A stretch of DNA of 64,000 nt from an uncultured SAR86 cluster bacterium (GTDB taxonomy: Bacteria > Pseudomonadota > Gammaproteobacteria > Magnimaribacterales > D2472): NCBI GenBank assembly GCA_902622845.1, contig CACNRI010000003.1, positions 133,859 to 197,858 of the forward strand, given 5' to 3'. Numbering within the stretch: the first letter of the stretch is position 1; each line of letters begins with the position of its first letter. The translations under genes and the position numbers were made by a program. The notes below the pieces were generated by a model. That model made no database searches. It was not told where the DNA came from and saw only the letters and a list, made by a program, of their open reading frames with translations. Positions 57,638 to 64,000 of the stretch are shown here, in pieces.

Positions 57638-57654
57638 AGAAAAAAATCTGTCAA
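57627..57654 (-). promoter_or_regulatory. near-consensus sigma70 promoter for the 137-aa gene
   Basis: TTGACA (57654-57649), 16 nt, TAAAAT (57632-57627). Confidence 0.7.
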
Positions 57655-57664
57655 GTTTTATCTC

Positions 57665-58552
57665 TTAAATATCTTCAAGTAAGAATGGAGCTGCGGCTTG
57701 AATCATTTTTGAGTTCTCATGGGCTGCATTTTTGACAACTTGCAACCGCCATCTAAATGGCATATCTAAAGAATCTGCAATGAGAACATTTCTTTCAAAA
57801 TAACGAATACCCCTTTGAAATCTATTATTGCCCTGCTCTTTTGCTCCTTTGTCATTTCTTAATGAGCCATCATTAGGGTCTGTATCCTCATCACCAAGCA
57901 TTATTGCTCCTTTGACAGATAAGAACCATTTAAGTCTATCTTCAGATATAGGCATATCTTGTACACCATAAGGATAATTAATATCTTTTAAAAAGGTATA
58001 CCATCCAGCATTGGCCATAACTGCTTTTTCAGCCCTAGTATCCTGACCAAATAAAAGATATCTATGCACAAACTGTGATCCTCCTGAATGACCATAAATT
58101 CTATATGAGTTCTCCTGAATATCGAATTTAGACCTAAAATAATCAAATATTAAACTGATTGAATCACTGAGAGAGTTGCTGGGATTATTTTGAGGTTCTA
58201 AACAATATCCTGAATATTCATATTCACAACCTTTTCCTTGAGCAAGTTTTTTATCGACGACAAGAGAGTTATAAGATGGAAAAGCTGCTTTATCAAACTT
58301 TGGCGCAATCAGAATAATATTTTTATTATTCGTATATTCATACCATTTTGTAAAATATGACTCGGCTGTCCTTGATGCGCCATGAATAACAAAAAGGACT
58401 TTAGTATCCTCATTAACCTTCTCTGGCAGCGAATAAAAGATTTCTAAATCTGGTTTTGACCAAAGTGAGAACGTTAACTTATTGAAGTTGTCTGCCAAAG
58501 AAGAAAAAGAGATAAATAAGCAAACTATAGAAAAATACAATTTTATGCGCAT
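57665..58552 (-). CDS. secreted alpha/beta serine hydrolase, PahZ1 (polyaspartate hydrolase-1)-like
   Basis: LFVIHG, YGHSGGSQFVHRY nucleophile elbow, ANAGWYT, PYG, LGDED, H near C-terminus; start at ATG 58552 (MRIKLYF). Confidence 0.75.
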   Translation of the reverse strand: MRIKLYFSIVCLFISFSSLADNFNKLTFSLWSKPDLEIFYSLPEKVNEDTKVLFVIHGASRTAESYFTKWYEYTNNKNIILIAPKFDKAAFPSYNSLVVDKKLAQGKGCEYEYSGYCLEPQNNPSNSLSDSISLIFDYFRSKFDIQENSYRIYGHSGGSQFVHRYLLFGQDTRAEKAVMANAGWYTFLKDINYPYGVQDMPISEDRLKWFLSVKGAIMLGDEDTDPNDGSLRNDKGAKEQGNNRFQRGIRYFERNVLIADSLDMPFRWRLQVVKNAAHENSKMIQAAAPFLLEDI

Positions 58553-58590
58553 ATATGCATAATAAAGCAAATAATAATTATTTACACACA

Positions 58591-59694
58591 ATGATCTTTG
58601 GTAATTTATCTATCAAAGCGATTCATGAATCGCCCTACAAGTTTGTAATTTCATCCAGTGGCGGAGGAACTAATGCAATTTCTGCGTTAATGGGTGTACC
58701 AGGTGCAAGCCAATCTATTTTAGAGTCTTATGTGCCCTACTCGAGGGAATCTCTAGATATTTATTTAAATAAAAAACCTGATCATTATTGTTCGCAAGCA
58801 ACATCACTTCATATGGCATCATTGGCATATAAGAAAGCGTTAAAGATATCCGATATTGATAAAAAATACCTATTTGGTATCGCTGTAACAGCCTCTTTGA
58901 AAAGTAATTACAATAAGCTTGGTGAGCATAGATTCCACATCGCCTTACAAAACGAGAAACAAACTGTAGTCATCAACTGTGTTCTTGAAAAAAATAAGCG
59001 CTCTCGTGAAGAGGAAGAAAATTTATTATCAACATTTATATTAAATTTAATATCAAAGTCTTGTGCTTTAGAGTTTGAATATCCTCAAATATCTGACGAG
59101 ATAGAAATTAGTGAAGTTCATGGAGAAAAAGATTGGATTGACCTGATTGATGATAAGGTCGGCTTTATCTCCAATACAGCAAACAAACCAGAATTAATAT
59201 TTCCCGGATCATTCAATCCTCTTCATAAAGGTCATCTTAAAATGAAAGAGGTCGCAGAAAGGAAAACTGGAATGGATCTATATTATGAAATCTGTATTGA
59301 TAATGTTGATAAGCCGCCATTAACTTTCTTTGAAATCTCAAACACAATCAATCAGTTTGAAAATGATTCCTGGGTTTTAACAAAGGCTGGCAGGTTTATT
59401 GATAAAGCCAAATTGTTCGAAAATGCTACTTTTGTGATTGGTTATGACACCCTAAGAAGATTATTTAATGAAAAGTATTATGAAAACTCAAAAATCATGA
59501 AGGAAAATCTAATGATCTTTGATGACTTCAATATAAACTTCCTGGTATTTGGGAGAAAGGATTTTGATAAATTTAGATCTCTTGAAGATGTTGATATACC
59601 AGCGGAATTAAAACCAAGATTTACTGGTTTCGATGAAGATACATTCAGAGATGACATATCGTCATCAGAAATAAGGAAAAAAGAATTAGATTAA
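58591..59694 (+). CDS. CinA-like domain fused to an HxGH nucleotidyltransferase domain
   Basis: GGG...GVPGASQSILESYVPYS N-domain; FPGSFNPLHKGH and FVIGYDT...ISSSEIR C-domain; start at ATG 58591. Confidence 0.8.
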   Translation: MIFGNLSIKAIHESPYKFVISSSGGGTNAISALMGVPGASQSILESYVPYSRESLDIYLNKKPDHYCSQATSLHMASLAYKKALKISDIDKKYLFGIAVTASLKSNYNKLGEHRFHIALQNEKQTVVINCVLEKNKRSREEEENLLSTFILNLISKSCALEFEYPQISDEIEISEVHGEKDWIDLIDDKVGFISNTANKPELIFPGSFNPLHKGHLKMKEVAERKTGMDLYYEICIDNVDKPPLTFFEISNTINQFENDSWVLTKAGRFIDKAKLFENATFVIGYDTLRRLFNEKYYENSKIMKENLMIFDDFNINFLVFGRKDFDKFRSLEDVDIPAELKPRFTGFDEDTFRDDISSSEIRKKELD

Positions 59695-59885
59695 CTGTGA
59701 GGCGGTAATTTAGCTTCAACAAACCATTCGTGAACTCTTTTCACAGGATTAAACTTCTTAAGTCTAAGTTTAGTATTTTCTAAAATAAATTTTCTAGTTT
59801 TAATTACAGTGTAGTGATAAGTGTGAGAATCACGCGTTTCACCTTCAGGAATTAAATATACTTTTGTTTGTTTTTTATCTGCCAT
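59691..59885 (-). CDS. rpmG: 50S ribosomal protein L33 (divergent, Cys-free)
   Basis: YHYTVIKT...KLRLKKFNPVKRVHEWFVEAK matches the L33 pattern; start ATG 59885. Confidence 0.85.
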   Translation of the reverse strand: MADKKQTKVYLIPEGETRDSHTYHYTVIKTRKFILENTKLRLKKFNPVKRVHEWFVEAKLPPHS

Positions 59886-59927
59886 AACGTGCTGAATTAT
59901 ACACAAGAACTAGGAATTTTAAACAGA

Positions 59928-60833
59928 TTAAATGCTATTAATATAATTAAGACTGCCAAAAAGACAGGTATAACCCCTATTCGCTACTTTGATACCGACC
60001 TTGTTAAGAATTTCCTTATGAATTTCACTTTTTCCATCTAGAAAATGCTTATTAAATAAATCTTTATTTGCTATCGTCAAAAAAGACCTAGAAAGAGACC
60101 CTGCAAGAATAATTCCCCCTCCGCTTGAGAATGCTAGCGATAAGTCTGAGAGAGTTCTTGCAAAAGCTATGGTAAACATATCAATTACCTCTATGGCATC
60201 ATCGTCACCATTGAGAGAAAGAGAAAAGATCTCTTCTGACTTTACTTTATTTCCAGTCTTTGTTTCAAACATTCTAGAAATTCCAGTACCTGAAATAACA
60301 TCCTCTAAAACATTCAATTCATCACTGTTTATCTCTAGAAGAGATTTCAAAGCAGATAAGCCCAAATTAGTGTTTCCTATCTCTGTTGCAATCACATTAT
60401 TACCAGAAATCACTGATGCACCCAGACCAGTTCCAGGCCCAATGACTAGAAAGGTATCATTAAAGGGCTCGCCGTCTTTAAAATTATCAAAATCATTTTC
60501 AGAGAATGTTCTAATACTATATCCAATTGACTCCCAGTCATTTAATAAATAACAGGATTCTAGATTAAATTTTTTTCTAATTTCATCAGCATCAATTTCA
60601 AAATTCCTATTGGTCATCTTGATTGAATTATTTACCTTAGGCCCTGCAACAGAAAAAACAATATTTTTAACATCTGACTCAGCTAATAGCACAGACATCA
60701 AATTATCAAAATCATTTAGACTATCTAGTTCAGCTTTGTTTTCAGAAACAAAATCAGAATCTCCAATATTTGAATATGCGTATCTAATATTTGTTCCACC
60801 AATATCGACAAGAAGAAGATTCTTATCTAGCAC
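59928..60833 (-). CDS. glk: glucokinase
   Basis: DIGGTNIR, VAGP, LLNDWES, GPGTGLG, TEIGN, EDVISGTG; GTG start. Confidence 0.88.
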   Translation of the reverse strand: MLDKNLLLVDIGGTNIRYAYSNIGDSDFVSENKAELDSLNDFDNLMSVLLAESDVKNIVFSVAGPKVNNSIKMTNRNFEIDADEIRKKFNLESCYLLNDWESIGYSIRTFSENDFDNFKDGEPFNDTFLVIGPGTGLGASVISGNNVIATEIGNTNLGLSALKSLLEINSDELNVLEDVISGTGISRMFETKTGNKVKSEEIFSLSLNGDDDAIEVIDMFTIAFARTLSDLSLAFSSGGGIILAGSLSRSFLTIANKDLFNKHFLDGKSEIHKEILNKVGIKVANRGYTCLFGSLNYINSI

Positions 60834-63265
60834 TGAATAACTCTCTTGGAACTTCTATCTTTATTTATGACAATCTTATTGATATCTATGTCCCATTTTC
60901 CAGAAGTCATTAACATCGCAGGAATATATACTTTAGATAAATCTAAACCACTTTTCTCTAGACATTTATAACTAATATCAACCTCGATCCAAGAATTATT
61001 ATTTTGATCACTTAAGAAATCCATTAAATTAATTGCTCCACTGCAATTTACACCGCAGGTTGCAACAAAAAATAGTAGGTCATCAGATCTTGAGTTTACT
61101 CTAAACTTAATACTCACATATGGGTTGCTTAGCTCACTCATAACAAGATTCTCATTCAATGATATGCCCCAGGCATTCATGAGCTCGGAATCATTAAAAA
61201 CAATGTTTCTAGAATCATACTGCTGATTAAGATCAAATCTTTTTAAAGAGATATTTTTTTCAGGGCTAGTGTATAAATTAGCATTAACAATCGATGGAGA
61301 TTTATTATTTTCAATTACAAACTCATTAGCGTTTAAAGGCGAACCTTCAAAAATTATCTTACTTTCAATTTTTTCTATTACTTCTTCTTCTTCAAGAAAA
61401 GGAATATTAATAGTATCGGAATAAGATAATCCATACCCAAAGGCAAATAAATGATCGGATAGAGGATCATTAGAATTTAGAACAGTCTGCGTTGATTTTT
61501 TAGGCCAAGTAAATGAAAGTTTTCCTGTGAAATCTTTATTTATCTTTCCATCTTTTTTCAAGATAACATCAGCTATTCCTTCAACGGCCTGACCAGGGAG
61601 CCATGCAGCAATAAAAGCAGAAGAAAGATTAATTTGTTTGTTAACTGCTAGTGGCCTTCCGCTTAAAAATATTGAAGTAATGGGAATAGATTCGCTGTTA
61701 AGCTTTCTCATTGCATTTAAATAATTTAAGTCGGACGATTTAAATGATAAATCCTTCACATCACCAAAGAACTCTGCATAGGGATTTTCTCCATAAACTG
61801 AAATTACATAGTCAGGTTTTTGTTTGTAAGTTCCATTTTGTGAAAACTCTATTGAGCCTCCATTCTCAATGACTTGTTCAGCTAAAGCTTCGTATATGGA
61901 TAGTGTATTTGGAAAATCTGACCTATTTAATTCAGTGCCCTGCCATGTTATTGTCCAGCCACCCATTTGATTCATTATTTCAACAGCAGCATTACCAATT
62001 ACTAAAAAATGTTTTGTTGAATCAAGAGGAAGTAAATTATCATTATTCTTAAGGAGAACTAGTGACTTTGATACCGCTTCTCTTGCAAGCTCTCTATGCT
62101 CAATTTTACCAACATAATTTTCATACTCATGTGGCTTTCGCCCATCAAGCATTCCTAGCCTATCCTTTACAGTGAGAATTTTTTTGACAGCATCATCCAA
62201 CCTATCCTCTGAAATATCTCCAGATTTAACTGCCCTTACGGTGTTTGTATAAAGCTCTTTCCATTCATCGGGAGCCATATAAATATCCACGCCGGCATTA
62301 AAACTTTCAGGACAATTCGCATTTGTACATCCTGGGACCTCTCCATGGCCATTCCAATCTCCAACAACCAACCCATTGAAGCCCATTTGATCCCTTAAAA
62401 CGTCAGTTAAGAGATATTCGTGGCCATGCATTTTTACACCATTCCAGGAGTTAAAGCTTGCCATAACAGATTGAACACAAGCTTCAAAAGCTGAATAGTA
62501 TGGCGTTCCATGTATATTCTTTAAACCACCTTCAGAAATCCTAGTATCACCCTTATCAATACCCTTAAAGGTGCCGCCATCACCAATGAAGTGCTTCGCA
62601 GTTGCCATAATATGATTTGAATCAAGAAATTCATCACCGGTTCCTTGAACACCCTCGATAAAAGCTTTCCCTATTCTAGACACAAGATCTTGATTCTCTG
62701 AAAAACCTTCATAAGTCCTACCCCAAGTATCATTCTGAGGAACTGTGATTGTGGGAGCAAAAGTCCAAACAATACCTGTTGAGAGAACTTCTTTTGCAAC
62801 AACCTCTGCGATTCTTTTAATTAAATCAGTGTCTTGAGTCGCACCAATACCAATGTTGTGAGGGAATACAGTTGCTCCAATAACATTGCTGTGACCATGC
62901 ACTGCATCTGTTCCCCATATAATTGGAACAATTTGATCTCCAATAATTGGTGAAGCATCATAATATGCTTTGCTTAGATTTTGCCAATCTTTTACTGTGC
63001 TAGTTTTTTTATTATTTGGCCAACTTCCGCCTCCATTGAGAATTGAACCTAACTGATATTTTTTTGCTTCATCAGGTGTGACATATTGAATATCAGGCAT
63101 AATTATTTGACCTATCTTTTGTCTCAGTGTCATTTGATTGATTATTTCATCAAGGTTATTTGAATCCTCAATATTGCAAGTCGATGGACTTGACCAATCT
63201 ATTGATGCACTAGTATTTATAGAAATACTTAACAGTAAGGCTGCTACGAAATATCTTCTTACCAC
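60827..63265 (-). CDS. secreted GH3 beta-glucosidase/exo-beta-glucanase with C-terminal accessory domain
   Basis: Signal peptide, DAVHGH, ATAKHFIGDGG, GLVVGDW (nucleophile Asp), GENPYAE, AAWLPG; GTG start. Confidence 0.93.
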   Translation of the reverse strand: MVRRYFVAALLLSISINTSASIDWSSPSTCNIEDSNNLDEIINQMTLRQKIGQIIMPDIQYVTPDEAKKYQLGSILNGGGSWPNNKKTSTVKDWQNLSKAYYDASPIIGDQIVPIIWGTDAVHGHSNVIGATVFPHNIGIGATQDTDLIKRIAEVVAKEVLSTGIVWTFAPTITVPQNDTWGRTYEGFSENQDLVSRIGKAFIEGVQGTGDEFLDSNHIMATAKHFIGDGGTFKGIDKGDTRISEGGLKNIHGTPYYSAFEACVQSVMASFNSWNGVKMHGHEYLLTDVLRDQMGFNGLVVGDWNGHGEVPGCTNANCPESFNAGVDIYMAPDEWKELYTNTVRAVKSGDISEDRLDDAVKKILTVKDRLGMLDGRKPHEYENYVGKIEHRELAREAVSKSLVLLKNNDNLLPLDSTKHFLVIGNAAVEIMNQMGGWTITWQGTELNRSDFPNTLSIYEALAEQVIENGGSIEFSQNGTYKQKPDYVISVYGENPYAEFFGDVKDLSFKSSDLNYLNAMRKLNSESIPITSIFLSGRPLAVNKQINLSSAFIAAWLPGQAVEGIADVILKKDGKINKDFTGKLSFTWPKKSTQTVLNSNDPLSDHLFAFGYGLSYSDTINIPFLEEEEVIEKIESKIIFEGSPLNANEFVIENNKSPSIVNANLYTSPEKNISLKRFDLNQQYDSRNIVFNDSELMNAWGISLNENLVMSELSNPYVSIKFRVNSRSDDLLFFVATCGVNCSGAINLMDFLSDQNNNSWIEVDISYKCLEKSGLDLSKVYIPAMLMTSGKWDIDINKIVINKDRSSKRVIQC

Positions 63266-64000
63266 AGGCTGATATATATTATAGATAATATTATTACTAC
63301 AACAGCAGTATTCATATTAAAAGCTTTGGATGTAGCAAAACTCATATCGTTTAAGTTGATAGCCTTAGGGCTGTCTGTGTAGCCCTGAATCAAAGATGTA
63401 AGATAACAAACAAAAAATGATGAAAAGAACACCACAGCCATTCTGTGAATAAATGGATATTCAGGGAAAAAATAAAATATAAATATTGATAAAACTAAGG
63501 AAGTTAATGCAGCATTGAGTACTGATAATGTAGTAGCTTTTGGCCAAAATAGAGCTACTAAAAATATCACTAAAATCCCTGGAGTAAAAAATCCAGTAAA
63601 GTTTTGAATATATTGAAATGCTGATTCAAGACTTCCCAAGAGAGGTGTCGCAGAAAATACTGCTATTACTAAAGCTACAACCGAGGTAGATCTTCCAATA
63701 TTGACTAATCTTGCATTCGATGGATTATTTGTTGCATAAGCTCTATATACATCCATAGTAAATATTGTACTTATACTGTTGGTCATAGATGCTAAAGAGG
63801 AAACGATAGCTGCAATGAGTGCAGCAAAGGTTAATCCCAACAATCCATTTGGCAGTAAAGACATCATCATAGGATATGCTTTGTCACTTGTTTCAAGTAG
63901 TGGGAATAGAACAGCTGCGCAGATACCTGGGAGAACGATAACAAGAGGCATAATAATCTTTAAATAGGCTGCAAACATTACTCCCTTTTGTGCTTCAGGA
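63259..64000 (-). CDS. sodium:solute (sugar) symporter, SSS family, 3' part only
   Basis: Frame stays open to the window edge (PEAQKGVMFAAYLK); AAIVSSLASMTNSISTIFTMD signature. Confidence 0.9.
   Translation of the reverse strand, partial: PEAQKGVMFAAYLKIIMPLVIVLPGICAAVLFPLLETSDKAYPMMMSLLPNGLLGLTFAALIAAIVSSLASMTNSISTIFTMDVYRAYATNNPSNARLVNIGRSTSVVALVIAVFSATPLLGSLESAFQYIQNFTGFFTPGILVIFLVALFWPKATTLSVLNAALTSLVLSIFIFYFFPEYPFIHRMAVVFFSSFFVCYLTSLIQGYTDSPKAINLNDMSFATSKAFNMNTAVVVIILSIIYISLW

Noticed and set aside
235-63967. Many 60-130 aa ORF-track entries lying antisense or off-frame within recognised genes (for example 235-459, 5415-5684, 12861-13217, 43685-43990, 49433-49732, 60169-60552)
   Set aside because: Shadow ORFs of well-supported genes; no motifs, SD or independent context.

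Overview
AT-rich, extremely gene-dense bacterial chromosome segment. Housekeeping gene content and order (rne-rluC-rpmF-fabDG-acpP-fabF, nhaB, dusA, mlaA, rnt, grxD) point to a gammaproteobacterium. Tiny intergenic gaps, several TonB-dependent receptors and acyl-CoA ligases suggest a streamlined marine lineage such as SAR86 (inference, not verified). The left third is housekeeping. The centre (about 22-47 kb) is a phosphorus-acquisition hub: beta-propeller phytase plus TonB-dependent receptor behind a well-spaced Pho box, PiT transporter, ppk2-ppx, a minimal type II secretion operon (gspC-M), a second TonB-dependent receptor, a 976-aa internally duplicated lipoprotein resembling Caulobacter ElpS, and a PhoB/PhoR-like pair of non-enteric type. 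The right third has acyl-CoA ligases, ggt, prepilin peptidase, tRNA-Gly, three paralogous secreted proteins of unknown function, a PhoD-like phosphatase, a PahZ1-like hydrolase, a CinA/nucleotidyltransferase fusion, a divergent L33 and a beta-glucoside module cut by the window edge. I also found two tRNAs, three small ORFs and a partial edge CDS missing from the ORF track, two structured sRNA candidates with UUCCCC loops, and a five-unit 11-bp-phased repeat array over a near-consensus sigma70 promoter. No CRISPR array, integrase or transposase was seen. All family assignments are from motif recognition by eye; no searches were run.
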